In this document: positions 9,880-20,449 of the stretch, piece by piece
Position numbering within the stretch: the stretch's first letter is position 1
Layout of the letters: each line of letters opens with the position of its first letter
Assembly (NCBI GenBank): GCA_964035545.1
Contig: CAXIUT010000301.1
Span: 1 to 30,618, forward strand
Direction of reading: 5' to 3'
Length of the DNA stretch: 30,618 bases
Source: Bugula neritina
Taxonomy: Eukaryota; Animalia; Bryozoa
Position numbers and translations under genes: made by a program
The notes under the pieces: model-generated
Told to the model about the DNA's origin: nothing
What the model saw: only the letters and a program-made list of their open reading frames with translations
Databases searched by the model: none

Positions 9880-12162
9880 CTGATCCAGGCCTAAATGGGT
9901 AATTCTATTTTCAAAATCTGTCAACTTATCCTGTGCTTCTAACATTTCTCTCATTCTTTTTTCAAGATGATGATACTTGTCAACTAAACTTCTCAAATCT
10001 GTATCTTTCTCTTTTAGTTGTTTCTTCAAAGTATCGTTATCCTGATCTCTGCTTGCTATTTTCGATTAATAGTAATCTTTCATAGATACTTAGTTTTTAC
10101 CCATCAAAACTTTTACCTTTGATTTTTCATCCTCTATTGCTGCACAAGATTCCATTTGCATTGATTAAATAAATCCAGCTTTTAAACCAAGCTCACCTGC
10201 AAGAGATTTATTTTATCTTTGAAGATACTAGAGATCTTTCTGTTTTTTGAATGAATCTTTTTCAAGTTCTGCATATTTTCCTTTGATTTAGTGTAATTCA
10301 GCTTATAATTTTTAATCAGGATCTTTCTACTGAGCTTCTTCAATAAGTTTCATACTTTTTCTTTAATATTCTTCTTATAGATGAGCTTTAAAATCTTTAA
10401 ACTCTTGATCTTTGGCAATTAAAGAATCTCTTAACATATTGATCTGAGATTGCATCTGAGCAACTTCTTATTGATTGATTTTTCTGATACTTTCCATTGT
10501 ATCATGAATTGTTTGAATTTATCTATCTTTATCTTAGATTATTTTGTAAAATTTACGCTTTTATGCTTCGAAAAATTCCGCTCCTCTTTGTTTTTGATCA
10601 GTCTCTCTTACTAAACTTTGAGAAGTTAACTCCATCTTGGTTCCAAGACTTGTAATCTGTTCTTTAAACTCTAATCTTGCAGCTGCAAACTTGACTTTCA
10701 TATCTTGTATTTTTGCTTTTTGTTTTGAAATTTCAACTTAGAAGTTCTTTCTTAGTTCATCGTTTTCACTCAACATATCATATATTTTCTATCTATCTGC
10801 AGTATTTGATTCCCTCAAAACAGAAAGTTCTAACTTAAGAGTAGCAACCTAATTTTCATAATATTTTGAGAGAGTACTAATATCTCCATCATGAAGCTGA
10901 GCCATTTTTATTTTCAAATGCTCACACTCTTAAAGATCTGATTTCTAAGTTTATTTTAGTTTCTTTCTCAGATTTTAAATTAGACCTTGAAGTTAAATTC
11001 TTTCAGTTTATGATGTTTCCTTCATTTTTTTGGTTGCCTCATAAAGTCTTTTAATTTCTTCATTTTTCTAAAGACAAAGAGTAATCAACTTTTATCTCTC
11101 TCCTTGCATAGACTCTTTTTCATTTTTGAATAAATTTTACATGTTCTACTTTTCAAGTTAAGCCAACTGGGCGATTCTTTCTTTTTATCTAACAAGTTTT
11201 TGTTGAGTTGCTTGAGTAAGAGTTTGGATTTCTTCAAGAAGATATTGTTTTTCTTGTTTGATTGAAGATAGTTCATAATATATTTATTCATTTTATCCAA
11301 TATTTTTTTTTGAATGTTGTTCAATTTCCATATCTTTGTTGGCTAGATCCTTTTTCAATTTGTTAATTTTGTTTTAATATTGTCGAATTTATACATTTTT
11401 TTCCATTTAAAGATGTTTCAAAGCTGATCTCATATCATCTTTTCCTCTTCTGGAGATTTAGGTAAGTTCAAGAGATTTAAGTTTTCTTTGATGTTAAATT
11501 TAATTTTATATAAGTCCATTTTGAGTTTTAAGTTGTTCTACTTCACTCTTCATTTGACTTTTCAAACTCTCATATTCAAAATCTTTCATCTCCAAAGCCT
11601 ATTTTAGCTTATTGATCTGTAACTACATCAAACTTTTTCCATCATCTTGAGATCTCTTGATTTGAGTTATTTGTTGTACAATTTATCTTTCATGTCCTTC
11701 TTGTTGTCTTCTCAACTAATTAGCCTTATCAATTTCTAACCTATGACATTCATCATGTAACTTAGATATTTATTTGAGCAACCTTTCAAGTTATCCTTGA
11801 TGATTTTCTTGTTGGCTTTTCATTTATATCATAACATTCCCAACTTACTGATTCATTTTTGAAAATTCAGTCTCTTCCTTTCGAGTTTTGATATCCAACT
11901 ATATCCTCAAACTGTTCACTAACTCACTCAACTGAGCGTTTTCATTAAGTAGTTGCGAATTGTGTTTCAAAAGAATCTAAAGTTTAGTTTTAAGGTCGTT
12001 ATTCGAATGGTCTTTCATTCTACCTGACTGCTGTTCCTCGTTGAGAACAGGAGAATCTATTTCTGGAGACTTCTGACTCAAATGTGCCAGTCGGTTAATG
12101 TTGGAATCTCTGGTCCGACGATTGGAAGTGTATGAAGCTCTAACGGGACTATTGCTAGACAT
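9880..12162 (-). CDS. Long coiled-coil protein; 3' end runs into the internal telomeric tract (probably truncated)
   Basis: E/K/L/Q-rich heptad-like frame. The 5' (MSSNSPVR...) and 3' (...FENRITHLGLDQ) pieces are in the same phase, and I saw no TGA before the tract. Confidence 0.82.
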
Positions 12163-12243
12163 TTTAACAATAAATATAATAAATTAAGTAATTAATCAAA
12201 ACACTTATTATTAAAAAATCTAAATATTCTATTATTAAATCAA

Positions 12244-13707
12244 TCAGTAATCAGCATTCTCATCCTATGATTACAATTATTGATGAGCATTCAACTACAT
12301 CTTCACAGAAAGTGATCTCATAAATTTATTTTCTCTCCAAAGACCAGCCAACACCTCATCTTTTGTCTTCATTATCCCTATCCCGTTTTTCTTGTTATTT
12401 GAATACTAGCCATAGTAGACATAACTGTTTGGACTCCATTATAGTCCCAAGTCACTTTTAACTCCTTCATCAAACATTTTATAACTCCATCCTCCCAAAT
12501 AAACCTTACCTGAAAAATGCCATACTACAGCCGTATCACCTACCACTATCAATATACAGTTTGTATACTTTTTTAAACTTATCTCCTTGTAGTCTGGTAT
12601 CTGAAGATGCTTGATAAGCTAAACTGCTTTTTTATAAAGCTACTACTCCTGCTATTGACCTGTAAACAAAGGCATTGCAAATATTTATGGTATTTTCAGA
12701 ATAATATTAGATGACTAGAGGTTTTTCATAGTACAAATCGATTTCAATTAAGGCAGTGTTATCTTATATGACAATTAAATAGTTTCAGTATTTGGTTTTT
12801 GGACAATATTTAAGTTACTATTAGTTGATTTTTTACATTTTGTGGTCCTAACTACTTAACTTTACTGTTTAGAGTTTATTGTACTTTCCTGTTCTGAAGC
12901 TCTTCTTTGCTATTTCCTTTATTTAATTCCACTAAATATCAACCTACTACGCATAGACTCATCTTCCTACTCCTTAGGCATAGGTTTTTTCTTATAATCA
13001 TTCAAAATAGTCAAATTATATTTGTTTAGCTTTTTAGAATCATGAAAAGTTGATTAAAATTAACTATTTTTTCTACTACCTTCATCTTAAAATCTAGATT
13101 TAGACAAAGTACTATTGAATCTTTTTTGTTGACACCTTTTAGATCTAAATTTATCAATTGTTTTGTATCCATCTAACTAACTATGATTTCTATTAATTCC
13201 TAATTAAGATTAGTTTTAATCAGTTTATTTGTTGAGGTATTATTGATTATTAACATTTCTAAAAGAATTAACTAGAGATTTAAATCTATTTCTTTAATAT
13301 TTTTTAGAGGTTTAGAAGTATATTTTATTGTTCAATTTAGGAATTAAGGTTGAATAATTTCCTCTTTGAGTGTTTTGAAATTTGTTGATAAAATTGGTAT
13401 TTTAACTTTATTGTGTTCCTTTAGCTTTAAAATATCCAAAAGATAAATTTTCATGAGGCTTTTCTTACTTTAAACTACTAACTTTGTTCATTGAAAAGCT
13501 AGTTTTGCGCTTTTATTTAATTTGAATGCCAACTCGAGGAGATTATCCTTTGTTAGTCAAAAGATCATGAATAGGAATCTAAGGATATAAAGTTCTGTTG
13601 ATACAGTTATTATAGTCAAGAGGTTCTTCAGGATTTTGATGCTGTGTAGGCTCTCTTAGAGATAACAAGTGGGAATGGCGCGGAATTGATATGTGTTTAA
13701 TTAACAT
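12244..13707 (-). CDS. Protein with low-complexity N-terminus and C-terminal MORN-like repeats
   Basis: 487-aa open frame; C-terminal GKVYLGGWS and YVYYGEYSNNKKNGIGIMKTKDEVLAGLWRENK. Confidence 0.72.
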
Positions 13708-13902
13708 TTTATTGTCAATTTTGAATATATGAGTTGATGTGTCGCCATCAATCAAAATATCTTAAAAATCAAAGTAAATTTAATCATTTCATTTATTTAA
13801 TGATAAATATTCCTCCTACTTGTATATTATATCAAAATAAATGATAAAAACTTCAAAACTAGCAATGAATTATTTAAATTCTATATAGTTAATAATATTA
13901 AT

Positions 13903-15383
13903 ATGGATAAACTGACTTGCCTCCTCTGCAGCAACAACTACACAAATCCTAAAATGTGTTCAAACTGTTCCTAAATATTTTGTACTAAATGCATAACAAA
14001 TTATCTAAAATAACATTACTTCTGCCCTAAATGTTATCACATTCAACCAGAACTGGCAGATTGCACAAGACTGATAACCTAAATAAAACAAGTAAATATC
14101 AAAAAAAATAAGACAGCATATTAAAATTAACAACAAAAAGACAATAAAAAATTGTCAAACACATCAACTACCTCTTATCTACTATTGCTAAAATTGCAAT
14201 AAAAGAATATGTGCTGATTGTGGCATCATCGACTAACAAGTACAATAACTGATAATTCAGCATAGAGGTCACAACATTCAATCAAAATAAAGCGGATCTT
14301 TTCCCAAAAACAAATTAAGATAGTATATGATAACAATAGAAGAATTTATATTAAAAGATCACAGTCGATATCAACAACTTATTCTAGAACGATAAGTTAT
14401 GGTAAGTGAATTAAGATGGTGCAGAAATAAATTAAATTAATATTATCAAGAAATGAGTATCAAATTGTAAAAATAGGCATAAAAGATATTAGATTAGATA
14501 TGTGGTGATATTAAATAAAAATAAACTAGAATATAAAAATTAAAAAAAAGTAAAGAAGATATCAAAGAAGTACTAGAACTTGGATAAATCAGCGATGATC
14601 TATTGATTTAAAAAGTCAGCCCGAATAATTAAATTATAGATCAAATCGATGGCAATGGAGATGTCTTGTTCAAATTAGAATAATTGATTTAAGAATATAA
14701 AGATGGAACTTACTTTCATTTTAATAGAAAAGCACTAACTACTTTGTAATTTTCTATTGATATAGAAATGAACTCAATCCATAGTATGTCAACTATACTT
14801 ATTAATTTGATTATGAAGGCAATCGTCTAGCTGACCTCAAATACAGTGATATTTTTAGAATCAATGGGCAGGAATGGAGACTGAAGATATATCCTTCAGG
14901 AAATGGATAAATGCCAGGCTATTTATCACTATTTTTAGAATTAGTAAATGTATATTATGAGTTATTTAGAGTCCAATGGGATGTACAGGCAATTGTTCAT
15001 AATTTTACTTTAGATTAGAGTTGATAAGTCTAAATACAGCTGGAAAAACTATCAGTAAATAATATAAATAACTTTTTATTGTTGGTGATTCATGGGGATA
15101 CAATGATTTCATGCCTCTTGATGAACTATAATAGTACTTAAATAATGGTCAGTTAATATTTGTTGTAGGAATCAAAAATAGAAGTTACTTTGATGTATGC
15201 TAAAACATGAAAAAATATATTAAAAAGTTATAAGGAGAAAAACAAGTCCTTGAAGACCTTCTAGGAAGAAATTCAGAAAATAGTTAACTCGATAGTTTGA
15301 TGATAGAAGGTATGCTGGAAGGAATGAGTTCAAGATTGAGATCTAGTTTAGTTAGCGATCGAAGTTAAATTTTTAATATTTGA
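13903..15383 (+). CDS. TRIM37-like E3 ligase (RING, B-box, coiled coil, MATH)
   Basis: RING CLLC..CSNCSEIFCTKC..CPKC; B-box CQTH..YYCENCNKRICADC..HRGH; MATH NELNPEY..YSDIFRINGQEWRLKIYPSGNG..YLSLFLEL..SWGYNDF. Introns 14746-14765 and 14950-14969 (20 nt), tentative 14092-14116 (25 nt) and 14240-14260 (21 nt). Confidence 0.85.
14746..14765 (+). other. 20-nt spliceosomal intron
   Basis: gtaattttctattgatatag; joins the coiled coil to the MATH frame. Confidence 0.85.
14950..14969 (+). other. 20-nt spliceosomal intron
   Basis: gtatattatgagttatttag; lies inside the MATH domain. Confidence 0.87.
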
Positions 15384-15429
15384 TAGTTATTCATTTGTTA
15401 TATTTTGATAATAATAAAATAGTTGAAAA

Positions 15430-16873
15430 TCAATAAATAAGGCATTGACATTTTTTAGGAGGTTAAAAATATTACATTGTCTATCTTTGTCTTTCAAAAT
15501 GATATTCTTAAATAGCTGCTTTCACTATTTCCTTCTTTTTATCCTTTAACTCCTCTCCATCAATTGATATTGTTTCAAATAGTTATTATTCGAATTGAGG
15601 CACTTTATTATTATTTTTAGCAAATAATTAAGCCAATTTCTTCTGTTTTGGAGTCTACTTTTATTATTTTTATGGTTATTAATAAGAATAGATATTGTTT
15701 TCACTGAGTTATATCTCAGTATTTCCTATTTATTGGTTTATTTATTTCTCTTAATTTTAATATTAAACTTAATCAACAGGTATTTACGGTTCTTTTTTTG
15801 CCCATTAGTGATAATTAAAAAAGTTTTTCACAATTTTTTATTCTTCTTTATTCTTTTAATATTCTTATTATTATTGCTTCAAATCCTACTCTTGTTATCG
15901 ATAGATTTCTTAGTTTTTTTATTCATAATGAGTTGGTTATTGATAAATAGACTCAGAAATAACATTAGTCTGACTAAAATTACGTGAAGATCTACCACTT
16001 TAATTTCTAACTTATATTTACTGTTCAGTATTAACAGTATTAATCTAACTATCCACTTTAAGACTCTCTTTCTTCTTTCTTCTCTCGTTAATTTAATATT
16101 ATTTCTTGATTTTTTTCTCTTGAATCTGACGATAATATTTCTGCCTTACATCCAACTTAAATAGCTACTATTATTTTTAATGTTTGATATTATTGATCTC
16201 TTTCTACTGATTTAACTTTTATTTTTTCAAAATAGCTATTTCTAACTTATTATTTTTAAGATTTTCTTGTAAAGTACTTGTATTTTATTCCAATTATTGG
16301 ACCTAACTTTAAAACTAATCTTTTTCTTTCTTTACTTCTTTCAACAATTCCTCAAGTAAAGATTTTCTTTCAATATAGCTCTATCTACTAAATAAAGTAC
16401 ATGATTAAGAGCCAAATTCAAAAATTTTTAATCACAGCGATGACAGATATCATATCTTTAAGAAGTATTATCTTTTGATCGAGGATGATATCTTTTTCGA
16501 AGACTAATGCACTATGCACAATTCCAAATCGCACAAAATTTGCATTGAACAGGTTTTCGATGTTTGTTATCATATTACTATCGGCAGACTGAACAAGTCT
16601 ATAACTTTCGAGGAAATTGAGAAATATCAGCCAATTCATAAAAGATAGCTAAATTTATTTAGTTATACGATCTTCATAGTTTACTGTCACAGGCTTAGGA
16701 ATAGCCTATAACTTCTAATGCAATTTGTATTAAGAGTAAATACCAGTCGACACTGGAATAACTTCATTTTCAACATCACTCTAGATCTGTGTCCGTACTT
16801 TGTTAATGACTATGATTATGAATAATATACTATGAGTTGGAAAGGTAGGTTTTCTTGGAATTTAAGCCAGCAT
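15430..16873 (-). CDS. FYVE-like 8-Cys zinc-finger / coiled-coil protein ending in a CaaX-like motif
   Basis: CSVC..RKPVQCKFCAIWNCAEC..DICHRC, then a coiled coil and acidic region; C-terminus PPKKCQCLIY*. Introns 16649-16668 and 16381-16400 (20 nt), possibly 16810-16830 (21 nt). Confidence 0.75.
16381..16400 (-). other. 20-nt spliceosomal intron
   Basis: gtactttatttagtagatag on the minus strand. Confidence 0.8.
16649..16668 (-). other. 20-nt spliceosomal intron
   Basis: gtataactaaataaatttag on the minus strand. Confidence 0.78.
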
Positions 16874-16914
16874 TTATAGTTATAGATTATTATAAAAATT
16901 ACAAAGCACATCAA

Positions 16915-18420
16915 TCAAACTTTACGGCAAATACGTCTTTCATATTCCTCTCTTAGCTATTTCTTTGATAAACGGTTATAGTCCATTCCTTTTTCATCGT
17001 TTAAATAATCATAGAGCTCAACTAACTGCATCAAACCTTCCTTTTCTTGGGTCAGACCTTCCTATTAAGAAAATTTAAGAAATATGATATCTTGTTGTTC
17101 TTTCACTAATTCGCTTTCAGTTTCAAGAGGCAACAATCTTTCTTCAGATTTTAATCTTTATTCACTCATTAGAGAAACTAGCTTTTTCAATTAACCACTT
17201 TTTTATTTATTTTCTTTATCAAATATAATTTTTTTCAGATTATCTCCATTTTATCGACTAAAAGTAAGGATCTTTTTAGCAAGAAATCCACAAATAGAAA
17301 TAGTAAGCTTTGAACTATTTTCTTGAATCAAGCCTTTAAGCAAATTAAGACCACGAGACATTTTACTTCTAACTTATAAACACTATTGGATCAATATTTT
17401 ATCCGCAGTAGAAATATTACTACTCTTTGGTTACTTCTTTTTCATATCAAAAGCATAAGGTTGATTATTTGTAATATTTCCTAAAGGAGCTACATTCGAT
17501 GATCCTCTGTATCCTTCAACAGGTGTCAAATATCGATTACGAACTTATTAGGTCACCATTGATGTGAAAGTAGTCTTTTTGGTAAAAGGATTGCCAGAAG
17601 AAGTCTTTTGTATCTAATCTTTTTTATGTTAGTTAAAATCAAAACTAAATAGCTCCTCCCAACCCATTCTTTTGAATTGGTCTTTAACAAGCATTCTCTT
17701 GAGAAGTTCTTCTGCCTTTTTTGAAATTTTAACATTACTAGGAAAAGTTATTGAAGACTCATCAATCAAAGAAATCAACCTTGCAATAGTTTTTTATTCA
17801 AAGGGACAAAACCCATAGAGCATTTCATAGAGAACTACTCCAAGAGACCAGATATCTGACTTCATCGTGTAAATTTCCCCTTTGAGTATTTCAGGTGCCA
17901 TGTAGATTGGGGATCCAAGCATGGTCTGTGAAAGATCTCTTGCATCTTTGAGAGGCTTACAAAATCCAAAATCAGCTAGCTTGATGACTCCATTATGCAA
18001 AAGGATGTTGCTAGGCTTAATATCTCTGTGCATAATATTTGACTTAATAAGGATCTGGAAGGCTTTAAGAAGATCTTTGAAGTAGTTGATAGCTTTAGTT
18101 TACTCAAAGTGACCATTCATTTTGATTTATTGTTCGAGGGTTCCTCCGTTGCAACATTCATAGACGAAGTAGTAGTTGTTGGCTGTTTTGAGGATTTAGA
18201 TAAAGCGAACGACATGAGTGGTGTCTTATATTTTGGAGAGAGTTTGTATTTAGTTGATAGTGAACTCTTCTAGTTTAGGACTCATTTTGAACTTTTAGAT
18301 TTTGATGATTTTAATAGCGACAACCTGGTTGGTTTTTTAGTTGACAGCTCTGTAAACCTTTCCAAACTATCCTTATCCAATAACTGTATCAAGCACGTAG
18401 TTTTATATTTTTTTACCCAT
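16915..18420 (-). CDS. Ser/Thr protein kinase, ULK/ATG1-like ciliate family
   Basis: IGEGEFGKVY, VAIK, YECCNGGTL, HRDIKPSNILL, KLADFGF, TMLGSPIYMAPE and DIWSLG; about 501 aa, no intron required. Confidence 0.9.
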
Positions 18421-18608
18421 CTATAGTTTGTCTGTTAACTCTTAATATATTAATATTAATCATATGAATTAAATGTCACATTAGATCCTTTATTTACTCT
18501 TTAGTCTCATAAATTATAACAATAAAAGCTACCTTTTCATTTTTAAGCTTTTCTTCTCAATAGCTCTATTATCAATAAAATAAGATTAGTATATTAATTT
18601 TTATTATC

Positions 18609-19225
18609 ATGAACGGCTAGTTTTAAACTCCAACAAGAAAAAAAGTTATCACTGAGTACTTTTCAGATCAAAACTATAAACATAAAACCATCGAGAGTCG
18701 AATATCCAAAAATAAGATTCTTCAACAATGTATAGAGAGTAATATGTAGAATATATTCGAACTCATAGTAACTAAAAGAGAAGAGAAAACAGACTAAATT
18801 CATTATTTAAAGCAAGAAAATCTAAACTAAAATAAATCACAGGATAAAATCATAAAATTTATGCCAGAATAAATCAACAATAATCACACTATCCATATCC
18901 CATCAGCAAATAAAATTCAGATAAAGCTATCATTAAGTACGGATTCTCACAATAAAGTGGTCTAGGACCTATTGGGACTTGGTAAGCACCCAGTTGCTTT
19001 TTATCTGGAAGTAGAGGAATCATGTGCTAGCAAAAAATAGGAAGATAAAATATCATTTTCAAATAAAATAAACATAAATTGCCTTCTTTAACTAACCTGA
19101 AATCTCCTCAAAGTTAAAAAATATATTAAAAATTATCATCAAAAGGAAAAGATAATGATGAAGAATCAAGATATAATACCCCAAAGAAGAAAAAAACAAT
19201 AAATGATTTATACATGTTGATGTGA
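18609..19225 (+). CDS. Hypothetical basic protein (intron 18730-18749)
   Basis: Removing the 20-nt intron opens the frame to TGA at 19223. The segment RKSKLKEITGENHKIYARINQQES loosely recalls CFAP97-type motifs (weak). Confidence 0.62.
18730..18749 (+). other. 20-nt spliceosomal intron
   Basis: gtatagagagtaatatgtag. Confidence 0.68.
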
Positions 19226-19330
19226 AGCTTTTTATTAAATAAAATATTTATGACAGAATTAATATTTGCTATTTTAGAGTGTTTTATAAAGCCTAAATGT
19301 TGATCACAATTATATAAAATTAAATAATCA

Positions 19331-20290
19331 ATGTTGAGATCCTCACTACGCATCTTTAGCAAATGTCTCAGAAGAGATACACAAATCTTTCCTATCAAAA
19401 AATATGGAATGCTCTCAAATAAAAATATCTTCTCTTTTTGCAAAACTGAAAAGCACGAATCCAACCAACATAAACCCCATCACCAAGACAAACACCATAG
19501 ATAAAAACACTAACACTAGAAATAACATACATAAAAATCAGAAGAATAAACAGAAAAACAGCATGAAAACAAAGAGACGTAAATATTAGTTTTATTTTAG
19601 ACAAGAAGTAAAAAATGAACATCATTAACAACATCACAAACACTAACATCACGAAGCTCATCACACTAAAATGAGTAAGATGACATTCGATGAGCTAGTA
19701 TAACTTCAAACAGAATAATCTATGAAATATGCACACAAAATTTATTAACATTAGTCTCATAGATTAAAATAACTCAAAGAATAAAAAGAACATCTAGAAA
19801 AGAATATCAATTTTTACTCTAAACTAGAAGATTAAATCAAATAAAAATAAATAAAATTAGCATAAAATATCATAGTTGTAGAATAATAAGTAGCACTCTC
19901 ACAAAAAAGAGCATAAAAGTAATCAATAGATTATATAGATAAGTACAATAAAGTAAAAGTTTTGGTATTACTAAAATAGCTAAAGAACTTCTTTAAGTTG
20001 CTGATTGTGTGGCTAATTGTAAAAAATTTGCTTAACAGTGTTAATAAAAGGACTAATATATTGATCAAGTGGTCAAAAGTCAATAGTTGATTAGCAATAT
20101 ATTAAAGAAATTTGATATATAAGAATTCGATCCCATCAATCAATAATATGATCCTAATTTACAATAAAGTTTACTTGAAGTACCAACACCTCCAGGATAT
20201 AAAGTCAATCATGTAGCAGTTACTATGAGAACAGGCTATACAATCAAAGGAAGGCTACTAAGAAGTGCTAGAGTTGGCATTTTTAGTTGA
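19331..20290 (+). CDS. grpE: Mitochondrial GrpE (Hsp70 nucleotide exchange factor) with His-rich N-terminal region
   Basis: Presequence-like MLRSSLRIFSKCLRR; KSFGITKIAKELLEVAD, FDPINQEYDPNLQESL and TGYTIKGRLLRSARVGIF. Introns 19579-19600 (22 nt) and 19919-19938 (20 nt). Confidence 0.88.
19579..19600 (+). other. 22-nt spliceosomal intron
   Basis: gtaaatattagttttattttag; required to keep the frame. Confidence 0.78.
19919..19938 (+). other. 20-nt spliceosomal intron
   Basis: gtaatcaatagattatatag; removal gives QKRAEKEVQESKSFG, colinear with GrpE. Confidence 0.87.
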
Positions 20291-20449
20291 TATGTTTTAT
20301 AACTATTTAGGAACTCTCAATATTTCATTATTTATTTAAATAACTATCTAAGAAATATGTTATTTTTTGTGCAAGAATGACCTAAAGAATTGAATTAGTT
20401 CATATTTGTAATATAGATTAGTCGATTAATACAATAAATAAAATCAGAA

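Noticed and set aside
9784-10029. ORF-track protein with a PTPTPT linker as a stand-alone gene
   Set aside because: It is the 3' part of the 12162 gene read through telomeric DNA; the PT repeat is simply (CCAACC)n translated.
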